Part shown: one piece after another, positions 34,580-43,899 of the stretch
How positions within the stretch are numbered: the first letter of the stretch is position 1
Layout of the letters: every line of letters starts with the position of its first letter
Virus record (IMG/VR): IMGVR_UViG_3300012943_000028
Coordinates: 304,642-358,444 of that record
Source: a virus
Taxonomy: Duplodnaviria; Heunggongvirae; Uroviricota; Caudoviricetes
Length of the DNA stretch: 53,803 bases
Direction: 5' to 3' (one strand)
Program-made: the position numbers and the translations under genes
Notes under the pieces: model-generated
What the model saw: only the letters and a program-made list of their open reading frames with translations
Databases searched by the model: none
Told to the model about the DNA's origin: nothing

Positions 34580-34884
34580 TTCACGTCCGTGTAGAGCTTG
34601 CCATCACCGCAGCGGTAGACGCTGTTGTCGTTTGCATCGTAGCCGATCGGATCGCACTTGCTGTAGTCGTGCGATGGCGGAGCTGGCTGCTCCACGACAG
34701 GTGCTGTGACAACTGGCGCTGGCTGCTGTGGGGCAGGTGTGACCTCGACAGTTGCAGTTGGAACTGCGCCATGACCCTGCTTGCGCTTGTAGTCCTTGTA
34801 TGCACCAGAAGCGATGGCCGTCAAGATGCCGATGATGGCGATGACGATCATGAGCTCGATCAGGGTGAAGCCGCGTGATTTCAT
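34576..34884 (-). CDS. type IV pilin-like protein (prepilin N-terminal methylation motif)
   Basis: MKSRG^FTLIELMIVIAIIGILTAIA. Confidence 0.85.
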   Translation of the reverse strand: MKSRGFTLIELMIVIAIIGILTAIASGAYKDYKRKQGHGAVPTATVEVTPAPQQPAPVVTAPVVEQPAPPSHDYSKCDPIGYDANDNSVYRCGDGKLYTDVK

Positions 34885-35162
34885 AGTTGCACCTTGAAGT
34901 GTCCGAAGAGTTCAACGGGAATGCCACGAAGTGCCTCTTCTTCCAAGCGCTCAACGAGCACGTGATTGAAGATGCCTGCAACGGCAGCATCGACATTTAT
35001 GCCAGCTGAAACGACTGCGCCTTCTGGAGTGATGCTGCGCGTTCCGACTGTGAGGTCGACGAAACGCGCGTATGCATCGCTGGCACTGTCGGCAGTGACG
35101 ATGAGCGCGAGGATGTGATTACCGTCCTCGGCCTTGATCTCGTGCGTAACCGTCCAGAGCAT
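34881..35162 (-). CDS. hypothetical protein
   Basis: overlap-coupled, AAGGAG RBS. Confidence 0.7.
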   Translation of the reverse strand: MLWTVTHEIKAEDGNHILALIVTADSASDAYARFVDLTVGTRSITPEGAVVSAGINVDAAVAGIFNHVLVERLEEEALRGIPVELFGHFKVQL

Positions 35163-35172
35163 TGCTTACTCC

Positions 35173-36255
35173 TTAGCGGCGGGCAGCGCGTGCCGAAGGA
35201 CCTTCCTTGTACGCCTTGCCGACGTTCTTCCAGTAGAGCACCTGCGTGTTCTTGTTCACCTTGCGGTTCACGCTGGTGGACTGGATGAAGAGGTCGAAGT
35301 CGCCGAGGTTGTCGGGAGCCAGGCGGATGGTGCCGTACGTCGGAAGGCCGAGCATCTTGCGGGCGGCTGCGCCTTCGTAGATGGCGTTGGACTTCTTGTC
35401 ACGGATGATCAGCAGCTTGTGGTCCTGCACTTCCGGCTCGGTCTTGACGAGCTGGTAGAAGGCGGCGCCCTTGAGCAGCGGATCACCGTTGAGGCGCTGT
35501 TCGACGAAGTCACGAATCTGCGTGCCATCGTCCTTGGCAGATACCGGCCAGAGGAGAACCTCTGACGAGATATCACGCATGGACGTCTGCACGTCCTTCG
35601 AGCTGACGTTCGAAAGGTCGGCGTAGAACTTCGTGGTCGAACGCTCGCCACGAGCACGGCCCTGGTAGTACGACGTGAAGGCGGAACGGGTGGCCTGCGA
35701 TGCGACCTCGACACCACGGGTGGTCTGGTCCCACTCGAGGATGTTGCCTTCGTGGATGCCCATGCGCACGAGGGCGCGAGCGGCACCACGAGGAACACGA
35801 TACACGAACGTCCAGCGATCGGTTGCGGTCAGCTTGCGCTGTTCCTCGGCGATGCTGATCGTGCCGTAACGGCCGTCGGCGCTGTACTTGCGTGAGGCGT
35901 TTTCCTCGCCGTCCGTCACGGCCATGATGAGGAACGAAACCTCGGGATCGTTGTAGTCGGGAACGTCCTTGAAAATCTCGATGAGCTCACCGACTGCATC
36001 GAACAGCGGCGTCTGGCCGCGAGCACGATAGGCGTTCTCGGCGAGGGGCTGAAGGGCGTTGACGTTGGAGTTCACAACGGCACGGTGAACAGTGCTGTCG
36101 GCTTCTACCACCGAAACGATGGTGTCTTGGCCGTTGACGTTGGAATTTTCACGGATGGCCGCAATGTTGTCGTTGTAGTCACGAGCGGCGGCGCGGGCGA
36201 TGATGCCCATGGAACCTGAATGGTCACGGACAATGCCAATGTAGGTCTTCTTCAT
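35173..36255 (-). CDS. von Willebrand factor A domain protein
   Basis: MIDAS-like DHSGS, TPLFDA, VTDGEEN. Confidence 0.85.
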   Translation of the reverse strand: MKKTYIGIVRDHSGSMGIIARAAARDYNDNIAAIRENSNVNGQDTIVSVVEADSTVHRAVVNSNVNALQPLAENAYRARGQTPLFDAVGELIEIFKDVPDYNDPEVSFLIMAVTDGEENASRKYSADGRYGTISIAEEQRKLTATDRWTFVYRVPRGAARALVRMGIHEGNILEWDQTTRGVEVASQATRSAFTSYYQGRARGERSTTKFYADLSNVSSKDVQTSMRDISSEVLLWPVSAKDDGTQIRDFVEQRLNGDPLLKGAAFYQLVKTEPEVQDHKLLIIRDKKSNAIYEGAAARKMLGLPTYGTIRLAPDNLGDFDLFIQSTSVNRKVNKNTQVLYWKNVGKAYKEGPSARAARR

Positions 36256-36416
36256 GTGTTGGTTTCCTTCTAAAAGTTGGCAAACAAGTAAAAAGCAAAA
36301 ATTGCTCAGCAGTTCATTGAACTGCACGAGTATTTAATCAGAAGTCAACCTGCCGCCCGCGGCTAGATGAACTCTCTGAGCATCTTACTACTGATGAGCC
36401 AGGAAGAAAACTTGAA

Positions 36417-37439
36417 TCAGGATTTCCTGAGCGATGGGAACTGATTGAACATCGTTCCGTACTTCGAGAAGTTGAGGATCATCTTTGTGTGCCACGACTG
36501 CTTCTCGCCGTCGTCGGTCTCGACATCGAGCATCGAGCCGTGCCACGGGTTTCCATCCATCTTGGCCTTGGCAACCGGCTTTCCGATCTTGTCGATCATC
36601 TTGTCGACCCACTCAAGGTAGGAGGCCTTGGCACCTGCGGCCGTGGCCTCGAGTACATGCTTTTCCTTCTTCGGAGAGCGCTTGAGCTTGGTGTGCGGCT
36701 CACCTGTTTGACCAGGATTGCGATACGAGCGATCGATGTGGCTGTCGACATCGAAGATGTTGAGGTATGTAGAGCGGTTGTTCGTGAGGCGGCGGTGCTC
36801 ATCACGACCGTGCTGGCGCCATGAGGCCTGCTCATGAAGCTTGTCGAGGTCCCAACCAACTTTCTTGAGCTCCTTTGCGAGGTGCTCAATGTGTTCCTTC
36901 TGCATCTCGACGGCACGATCGATGTATTCCTGCATGTGCTCTTTGAGCACCTTGATCAGTGACTCACTGCTCACGTGCTTCTTTGCCTTCTCTTCGGCCT
37001 TCGCACGGTTTTTCACTTCCTTGCGCTGCGCGGCCGTCTCGATCTTTGCCTTGAGAGCGACGATCTTCTCGGCCAGTGACTTCCACTCGTTGTAGAACGC
37101 AGTGAGGACCTTGAACATATCGGTCGCTCTGCCCTTTTCAGACTTAACTCGCGCCATCTTGTTCTTCAGGGCGAGAATGTCACGAGCGCTTCGTGGATAC
37201 CAGAGCTGGCCGAGGGCTTCCTCGATGTCGTAGTAGGTGCTGCCGGTTCCATGGAAATACTTGTCCATGGATTTTTCGGCGAGTCGTTCGACAGTACGGT
37301 CGATGGCGTTCTTGAGGCTCTCGTAGTCCGGCTTATAGATCGTGCCGGCTTCAGTTGCTGCATCAACTTCCTTCTCAAGCTGCTTGAGCTTGTGGTACTG
37401 TTCTTCGGCGGCGTTTTCGAGCAGCTGGCTGATGAGCAT
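36417..37439 (-). CDS. hypothetical late protein, possibly virion-internal
   Basis: MLISQLLENA start, TAAATA upstream. Confidence 0.75.
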   Translation of the reverse strand: MLISQLLENAAEEQYHKLKQLEKEVDAATEAGTIYKPDYESLKNAIDRTVERLAEKSMDKYFHGTGSTYYDIEEALGQLWYPRSARDILALKNKMARVKSEKGRATDMFKVLTAFYNEWKSLAEKIVALKAKIETAAQRKEVKNRAKAEEKAKKHVSSESLIKVLKEHMQEYIDRAVEMQKEHIEHLAKELKKVGWDLDKLHEQASWRQHGRDEHRRLTNNRSTYLNIFDVDSHIDRSYRNPGQTGEPHTKLKRSPKKEKHVLEATAAGAKASYLEWVDKMIDKIGKPVAKAKMDGNPWHGSMLDVETDDGEKQSWHTKMILNFSKYGTMFNQFPSLRKS

Positions 37440-37464
37440 GTGAACCTCTGGTTGATGCCGGTAT

Positions 37465-38076
37465 TTACGCAATCTTGCCGACGTACTCGACGACGGTGAT
37501 GCTGCCCTTGTCACGCTGCTTGGTTTCCAGCATGATTCCGTCGGCGGCATCGATCAGCTCCTTCGAGGTGACCTGCGTTCCACCAGTGTACTGCACGATG
37601 CCGAACGAGCAGGATGTCCGCATGTTGACACCTGCAGGCGAGATGATCGGCTGCCGCACATACTCGGAGATGCGCCGCATGATCTGCGTGTCGATACCGC
37701 AGGCGATGTCCTCGATGCTGAGGTGAAAGGCAATGACGAACTCGTCACCGGACCACCGACCGATTGCATCGTGTTGGCGCATGATCGCCTTGAAGCGCTG
37801 GGCGAGCGTGATGAGGACGAAGTCACCACCATCATGGGTGAACTCCGTGTTGAGGCGCTTGAAGTTGTCGACGTCGAGGAAGGCGACGAAGGTGGAGCCG
37901 CCCGAACGGGACTGGCTCGAGATCATCGTGTTGAGGTGGTTGAGGAATCCCTGCCGGTTCAGAAGACCCGTCATCGGGTCGGTCTGAAGCATGGACTCAA
38001 GGCGTGCGATCTGTTCGGCCTGCAACGCAACGGTGCGCTTCAGGTTCATGTTCTCGACTCGCAGATCGATGCTCAT
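37465..38076 (-). CDS. GGDEF-domain protein (diguanylate cyclase family, SGDEF variant) with N-terminal coiled coil
   Basis: TDPMTGLLNR, FLDVDNFK..N..HDGGD, RxxD I-site, GRWSGDEF. Confidence 0.9.
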   Translation of the reverse strand: MSIDLRVENMNLKRTVALQAEQIARLESMLQTDPMTGLLNRQGFLNHLNTMISSQSRSGGSTFVAFLDVDNFKRLNTEFTHDGGDFVLITLAQRFKAIMRQHDAIGRWSGDEFVIAFHLSIEDIACGIDTQIMRRISEYVRQPIISPAGVNMRTSCSFGIVQYTGGTQVTSKELIDAADGIMLETKQRDKGSITVVEYVGKIA

Positions 38077-38166
38077 TTGACGACCCTTCTCAGTGTAGAT
38101 GCGGCCATCCTATCACAAGTCTAGAAGTTCGTACACAGGTCAAGTTATGTAAACTGGACCGTTATG

Positions 38167-38760
38167 TTAACTGACCAGGGGATCAGTCCTGTCAAGCTGG
38201 CTGAATGCCCACTTGCGTTCTGTGCACTGCCAGCACTGGCCACAATGACCACGGTTCTGCTCAGTGCATGTGTGGGTGAGCGTCAGCAGCTCTTCGATCT
38301 CTTCATCGTAGTACAGCTGGATGATCTGGTCCTTTGTCATGTCAAAGAACGGTTGAAACACGTTTGGGCTATCGACACGTTCTCTTATCGGCATCATGCC
38401 TGGAAATTCTGCTCCTCCTGGAGGAGCGACATTGTCACCTAGAACGACGCACTCTATGATCCCAAAGTAGAAGGCGCTGACGACAGCGTTGCGCACGATG
38501 ACGTTGTGTTCCTGCCATGGGTTGCCGATGTAGAGAATCTTGTTCTCTTCAACGCCTAGCTTGTTGCACACATACTGGTTTACAAGGTTGGCGTAGTAAT
38601 CGGCACCGTCAATCTTTGGAGCGCAGATAGGAATGATGCGAGCCTTGCGGCTCTCAGCAATGTTATCCTTCATGAGCATGTAGTAGAGGATGGCGCTATC
38701 TGGACCACCTGATAGCGGAACACCGACGCGCAGCGCGTCATATGGAATGATGTCAAGCAT
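38167..38760 (-). CDS. QueC-like PP-loop ATPase
   Basis: LSGGPDS PP-loop; THTC..CGQCWQC zinc site. Confidence 0.75.
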   Translation of the reverse strand: MLDIIPYDALRVGVPLSGGPDSAILYYMLMKDNIAESRKARIIPICAPKIDGADYYANLVNQYVCNKLGVEENKILYIGNPWQEHNVIVRNAVVSAFYFGIIECVVLGDNVAPPGGAEFPGMMPIRERVDSPNVFQPFFDMTKDQIIQLYYDEEIEELLTLTHTCTEQNRGHCGQCWQCTERKWAFSQLDRTDPLVS

Positions 38761-38998
38761 TGTTGAAGAACGCCTCTAGCTCTTCGATTGTTGGCTTCTT
38801 TGAAGGAAGCTGCGGCATCAGCGCTTGAACGGCTTCCCTTGCTCCCTCTGTACGCTCGATCTTGTTGAGCCAAATGAGAGCCTGCCACATCACGCCTTCT
38901 TCGTGTTCTATGCCACGCTTCTCCATGTATTCCTTCACGAAGGCATACTGCTTTTCGTCGAGGTGCACCTCGATCTTGTGTGGGCGCGGCCACTTCAT
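38753..38998 (-). CDS. hypothetical protein
   Basis: overlap-coupled. Confidence 0.7.
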   Translation of the reverse strand: MKWPRPHKIEVHLDEKQYAFVKEYMEKRGIEHEEGVMWQALIWLNKIERTEGAREAVQALMPQLPSKKPTIEELEAFFNNA

Positions 38999-40440
38999 GT
39001 TGGTTCTCCATCCATGAGGATCGTTTTGGTTTCAGTGAACGTCAGCAGACCTTCAATGCCACCCTCACGACCAACACCTGATCTGTTGAATCCACCAAAA
39101 GGTAGGGCATCATCTGCCTTGAATGATGTCTGTGACAGGCCGCCGGCCCGCACCTTCGACATGACATCGTATGCGGCCTTGTTGTCGTTCGTGATCACGA
39201 TACCACCAAGCCCGTGCTCAGAATCGTTTGCGATGTTCACAGCATCCTCTAGACCGTTGTGTGGGATGAGGCAGAGAACTGGAACGAGAGATGGCTGCCT
39301 TGCAACAGACATGTCGTTTCGAACACCAGTGAGCAGCGTCGGCTCAAAGAAGAAGCCGCGCGTGTTGATTCTCTTTCCACCGTAGGCAACCTTGGCACCA
39401 CATGACTTGCCACGGGCAACAACTGCGTGTGCCTCAGCTACCTGCTTGTCAGAGATGAGTGGGCCCATGCGGGATTCAGGCGATGTTGAAGGGCCGATGT
39501 GGGCTCTCATCTTCTCCATCTTTGAGATGATCGCTTCAGCATACTGATTGTACAGGTGAGCAGGAACGATCGCCCTAGCCGGTGTGGCGCTCACCTGACC
39601 AGCGAGCATGCAGATGGACTTGGTAAGAATGTTTGCTGCCTGTGGTATCGAATAGTCCTCGAGCACCACTGCGGCGGAACGACCGCTCAACTTGAGATTG
39701 AAACGCGGGCGGCCACGCTGCGCCATGAGGGCCGCAAGACGAGAACCTTTTGTCGTTTCACCAGTGAACGTCAGCATGTCAACAAGTGGGCTTGATACGA
39801 GCTCTTCAAGAGCACCATCACCAACTGGAAGAATGTTCAGAACGCCAGGTGGCAGACCAATTTTCTTGGCGCACTCTGCAACGATGAGAGCTTCGATTGG
39901 GGTTCTTGGAGATGGGCAAGCAATGATGGTGTTGCCAGCCAGAAGAGCTGGCGCCAGCTTGCTCATAAGGATGGTGAACGGAGCGTTCCAAGGAGCACTG
40001 ATGAGAACAACCCCTGCCGGTTCTCTGCGGAGAATGCCAACATTTGCCTTGTCGGTTTTGATCCTGCTCTCTGTCTCGAACTGCGGGATGAGAGCCGTTG
40101 TCTTTCCAATGATTCGAGTTCCAATGCCGGCGATAATTGGACCCATACCAACCAAGCCACCAGCTACCTCTGTGAAGGCTGCTGCCAATTCATCTTTGCA
40201 CTTTGCGAGCTCTTCAGCTAAGGCGGTTAGGTAGGCAGCCCGCTCTGCAACTGACATGCGTGGCCATGGGCCACTGTCAAATGCATTTCTCGCTGCATTT
40301 GCTGCGCATTTGGCGCTGTAGATGTCACCAACCGGCGCAGTCGCAATGATCTCTTCAGTGTTAGGTGAGATCAACTTGGAAGCCCAAGCGGTGCTTACCC
40401 ACTCACCGTTGATGAAGATGCTGTCAAACGTTCTGATCAC
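38995..40440 (-). CDS. aldehyde dehydrogenase family protein
   Basis: PWNAP, FTGET, PFGGFNRSGVGREGG; the usual catalytic Glu and Cys positions read K (NLKLSG) and S (AGQVSA). Confidence 0.9.
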   Translation of the reverse strand: MIRTFDSIFINGEWVSTAWASKLISPNTEEIIATAPVGDIYSAKCAANAARNAFDSGPWPRMSVAERAAYLTALAEELAKCKDELAAAFTEVAGGLVGMGPIIAGIGTRIIGKTTALIPQFETESRIKTDKANVGILRREPAGVVLISAPWNAPFTILMSKLAPALLAGNTIIACPSPRTPIEALIVAECAKKIGLPPGVLNILPVGDGALEELVSSPLVDMLTFTGETTKGSRLAALMAQRGRPRFNLKLSGRSAAVVLEDYSIPQAANILTKSICMLAGQVSATPARAIVPAHLYNQYAEAIISKMEKMRAHIGPSTSPESRMGPLISDKQVAEAHAVVARGKSCGAKVAYGGKRINTRGFFFEPTLLTGVRNDMSVARQPSLVPVLCLIPHNGLEDAVNIANDSEHGLGGIVITNDNKAAYDVMSKVRAGGLSQTSFKADDALPFGGFNRSGVGREGGIEGLLTFTETKTILMDGEPT

Positions 40441-41300
40441 TTCTCATCTCCGAGCGCCGACTGGCACTGCTCAAGGAGCGTATGGTTCTCAGTGTAAAAG
40501 CGGCTCTGCTGTGGCATAGTTGAGCGAGCAATGTCGCCTGAACGGCGGCCGACGATTTCCTTTGGAAGTGTGAAACCACACGCTTCCTCCATTGCGGCAA
40601 CAACCTCAAGGACCGAGGTTCCATTGACAGAACCTAGGCACTCAATGCTCTTTGTTGGGCCGTTGTTTGCAATGGCAACGATGGCATCTGCGATGTCGGC
40701 AACGTGGCTGTAGTTGCGCAGGCACGTTCCATCTGGGGTGTCGTAGTCGGTTCCAAAAATCTGCAGCTTGTCAAACTTACCGTTTGCGACTGCTGCGGCC
40801 TTGCGAATCAGGTGTGAGTAGAAGTTCTCAAACTTCTTGAAGCCATCGTTGCCGCTGACGTTGTAGAAGCGACAGATTGAATAGTTTGGCTTGAGAGTCA
40901 CGAGGTCCTCACCAGCACGCTTGCTCATGCCATATGGGCTTGAGCCAGGATCGAAGGCGGTACCAGTGGAGCAGTACAGGAAGTGACCAACATCTGGAAC
41001 AGCATCAACAACGTTCTGCGTACCAATGATGTTCGTTTCGTAGAATGAGAATGGGTCTTCTGTGGATTTTGCTACAAGGGTGTTTGCGGCAAGGTGGACA
41101 ACAGCGTCGAAGCCGCTCATGTACAGGCGGTTGTAGCGAGTTCCACGGATGTCCCAGTCAATGAGGCGCTCTACGTAGTAGGCGATGTTGTTCTGCTGGA
41201 AGTTGAAGTCAGTACCGGTGATCTTGTGACCATGGTCAGCAAGTCGCTTTACAACATGGGCGCCAATGTAGCCAGTTGCGCCTGTAACGAGAATCTTCAT
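40437..41300 (-). CDS. NAD-dependent epimerase/dehydratase (GalE-like)
   Basis: GATGYIG, SPYGMSK, RFYNVSG, DGTCLRNYSHV. Confidence 0.9.
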   Translation of the reverse strand: MKILVTGATGYIGAHVVKRLADHGHKITGTDFNFQQNNIAYYVERLIDWDIRGTRYNRLYMSGFDAVVHLAANTLVAKSTEDPFSFYETNIIGTQNVVDAVPDVGHFLYCSTGTAFDPGSSPYGMSKRAGEDLVTLKPNYSICRFYNVSGNDGFKKFENFYSHLIRKAAAVANGKFDKLQIFGTDYDTPDGTCLRNYSHVADIADAIVAIANNGPTKSIECLGSVNGTSVLEVVAAMEEACGFTLPKEIVGRRSGDIARSTMPQQSRFYTENHTLLEQCQSALGDEK

Positions 41301-41929
41301 GTCAGCTCCTTCAAATAGAACATATCGTCAAACGTCATTGGTGTGTCTTCAAGCTTCATGTACGTCACATGCTGTGGTGTGTACATGATGTCGTACGTTG
41401 CATCAAGGTACGTGAGGTCCTTGGCAGTGTACTTGCGTTCTGTGTTCGGCATGTGGCCAGGACCGACAACGTCGTTCTTCATGGCCTCGAACATGATCTC
41501 ATGGCGGCGGTCAAACATGTCGACGCTGATGAAGATCGCCTTGCAGTTGAGAGCCTTGGCTCGCTCAATCTGATAGTCAAAGAAACCGCCATGGCGAAAG
41601 TGCAGCGTGTTCAGCCCGCGAATTCTACGGAAGCGCTTGAGGATGTAGTACATCTGGACGCCACGGTAGAGGTGCTTGTTGAAGTACGTTCCACAGCACA
41701 TTCCAACCGCCTCACCATCATGGTAGTGAAGCAGCACTTGATCGAAACCGTTTGTTGAGAACTTTTCGTCTGAGAACCAGTAGGCGAACTTGTTCGTGGT
41801 CGGTGGGCTCTTCGAACTGTACATGGACAGCCACGTAGGGCTGATGTTCAGGTCGCTGGAGTAGATGTCCGCCCTGAACCTACGCACCTCAGGTGCTGTT
41901 GGCTTGAAGACCTTGACTTCATCGGACAC
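41297..41929 (-). CDS. hypothetical protein
   Basis: 210-aa ORF, overlap-coupled. Confidence 0.75.
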   Translation of the reverse strand: MSDEVKVFKPTAPEVRRFRADIYSSDLNISPTWLSMYSSKSPPTTNKFAYWFSDEKFSTNGFDQVLLHYHDGEAVGMCCGTYFNKHLYRGVQMYYILKRFRRIRGLNTLHFRHGGFFDYQIERAKALNCKAIFISVDMFDRRHEIMFEAMKNDVVGPGHMPNTERKYTAKDLTYLDATYDIMYTPQHVTYMKLEDTPMTFDDMFYLKELT

Positions 41930-41972
41930 GTTGCGTGCCTCTGTGATTCGATGAGCGTATTTATCGTGTGAT

Positions 41973-42626
41973 TCATCTCATAGATTCAAGGTCACGGATG
42001 AACCTACGCACGTCCTCATCAGTTTTGACGCCGCTAAGGCCAAGCAGGTATGCTGGAACCCGACCTTGACCATCAGATGTGGTGTGCGAGTGCCATGTCC
42101 AGCTGTGGATTGCGTAGATGTCGCCGTTCTGCGGGGTGAACTCGTCGATCTGCGTCAAGTTCTCGAATGAATATCCGCTAGGAAGTGTGTCAAACGAGAT
42201 ATCGCCTGGCTCAAAAGCGTAGGCTGGATCATTGAGCTGCCAGAACTTGACAGTTGAGAGGTCAGTGCGCTCACCATCGAAGATGGTCAAGTTCCAATGG
42301 CTGTGTGCATCGTAGACATGGCGATGGAATCCCCAGTCTGCATCATTCACGAAGCCGATGAACGGCGCAAAGCCGAAAAGATCGAACCAACGGATCATGC
42401 TCGGGTCTTCAGCTACGAGCTGTTGGTACGTGCAGCTCTCGTTGATTTGATGATCTCCAGAACGGCCAAATGAAATGACGTTTGAGTGCGCCCACTGTCC
42501 GATCGACCAGTAGTAGCTTTCAGCGATGCGTGGATCAACTATGACTGCGCGGGCCGCAATCTTTCTGGGCAGCTCAAGCAGCACCTTCCGAACGTTCTTC
42601 GAGATGTTCAGTTTGTAGTAGTTCAT
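41973..42626 (-). CDS. hypothetical protein, possibly cupin/2OG-Fe(II)-like
   Basis: FHRHVYD...WHSH. Confidence 0.6.
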   Translation of the reverse strand: MNYYKLNISKNVRKVLLELPRKIAARAVIVDPRIAESYYWSIGQWAHSNVISFGRSGDHQINESCTYQQLVAEDPSMIRWFDLFGFAPFIGFVNDADWGFHRHVYDAHSHWNLTIFDGERTDLSTVKFWQLNDPAYAFEPGDISFDTLPSGYSFENLTQIDEFTPQNGDIYAIHSWTWHSHTTSDGQGRVPAYLLGLSGVKTDEDVRRFIRDLESMR

Positions 42627-43195
42627 TCGAGCGCCTTGAGGACATGCTCCCAGCCGAAGCGGTTGGCAAACTTGGCGATGCGCTCTACGGAGTAGGTCTT
42701 GGCGATCGATACTGAGATTCTCGGTTCGGTGACATTGACGACAGAATGCTTTTCCCAGCTGGCAATGCGGTACCATTCACGAGGGCGAACGTAGAGCTCA
42801 TCAACGATCTCAGCTTCATCATAGGTGTGGAAGCGGTTGAGGGTCGTAACACCATCTTGGATGATGTAGTACAGCACGTTCATGCGACCACCAGCTGGAA
42901 GGCCGAGTGCTGGAACCGGCTTTGGCATCAGGTCAGCATGGATGTTGAGGTCGCTTCTGATGGCCTGCACCTGGATGTTGAGGCCGTTTGGATGCGAGTA
43001 CAGGAAGCGGTTAAACTTGCGCTTTGGGAAGCAGGTGTTGGAGATGAAGTCGAATGTAAGCGGCGGACACGTGTAGGTGCTGAGCATGTTTCCCATGCTC
43101 ATCGTCGGTGCGACGTTAGCTACAGTGTGGAGTACCTCAGCACATACCTCTTCTGGAAGATTAGGCAGCTGAGGTACGTACTCGAACCGCTTCAT
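42623..43195 (-). CDS. hypothetical protein, possibly 2OG-Fe(II) oxygenase-like
   Basis: IHAD...KHSVVN..PRISVS. Confidence 0.6.
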   Translation of the reverse strand: MKRFEYVPQLPNLPEEVCAEVLHTVANVAPTMSMGNMLSTYTCPPLTFDFISNTCFPKRKFNRFLYSHPNGLNIQVQAIRSDLNIHADLMPKPVPALGLPAGGRMNVLYYIIQDGVTTLNRFHTYDEAEIVDELYVRPREWYRIASWEKHSVVNVTEPRISVSIAKTYSVERIAKFANRFGWEHVLKALE

Positions 43196-43899
43196 AGGAT
43201 GCTTTGTGTGTCCAGTGAGATGATAAGATGATTGCGAGGGGTGTCACCTTCATTCACAGCGTAGTGCTTCACGCCCGGGTTGATGAACCAGACAGAGCCA
43301 TCGGCGGGGATATGGTTGCGCACCTCATTACCGTCCTTGTCCCATCCACCGTTGAAGCACTGATCATTGGTCTCAAGGGCGATATGGATGCGGATGCCGT
43401 ACAGCGTGTCGTAGTCGATGTGTGGCTTAACGTTGCTGTGTGGTGCGAGCAGGGCAAACCTTGCACGGTGAGAACCCGGGAACATTGCCAAAATCTCGCG
43501 CATGTATGGTGGAACGTCGGTCTTTACCTTGCGGAACCAACGCTCGTCTGCAAGTGGCTTCTGCTTTGCAACTCGTTCGTCCCAGGCGCTGCCTGACTTT
43601 TCCTGGCGCTCATTGAGCGTGTAGGTGTCGTCGAATTCAGTTAGGCTGAGCTGCTGGTAGCTGGACTTTGTGAAGTCGATATCACACACGCATGTGATTC
43701 CCTCGAGCTCCTGCTCAGTGAAGAACATCTTTGGGAGGCGCGTGTGGGTTTCACAGAGGCTGGCGTAGTCTGAGCCGAGACCGTCCCACACCTTGCCCTG
43801 TGCAAAGGCACCAAGTTCCGACTTGAGGCGCTCTAGGTCAACGTTGAAGTTGAGGCGCTTTATGACGGGTAGTTCAAACCGACTTTTCCAATTCGACAT
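43192..43899 (-). CDS. aspartyl/asparaginyl beta-hydroxylase-like 2OG-Fe(II) oxygenase
   Basis: LAPHSNVKPHID, RIHIAL, KHYAVN..RNHLII. Confidence 0.8.
   Translation of the reverse strand: MSNWKSRFELPVIKRLNFNVDLERLKSELGAFAQGKVWDGLGSDYASLCETHTRLPKMFFTEQELEGITCVCDIDFTKSSYQQLSLTEFDDTYTLNERQEKSGSAWDERVAKQKPLADERWFRKVKTDVPPYMREILAMFPGSHRARFALLAPHSNVKPHIDYDTLYGIRIHIALETNDQCFNGGWDKDGNEVRNHIPADGSVWFINPGVKHYAVNEGDTPRNHLIISLDTQSIL

Noticed and set aside
38167-38760. 7-deazaguanine DNA modification system
   Set aside because: Only a QueC-like ATPase is present; no folE, queD, queE or dpdA is visible in this window.
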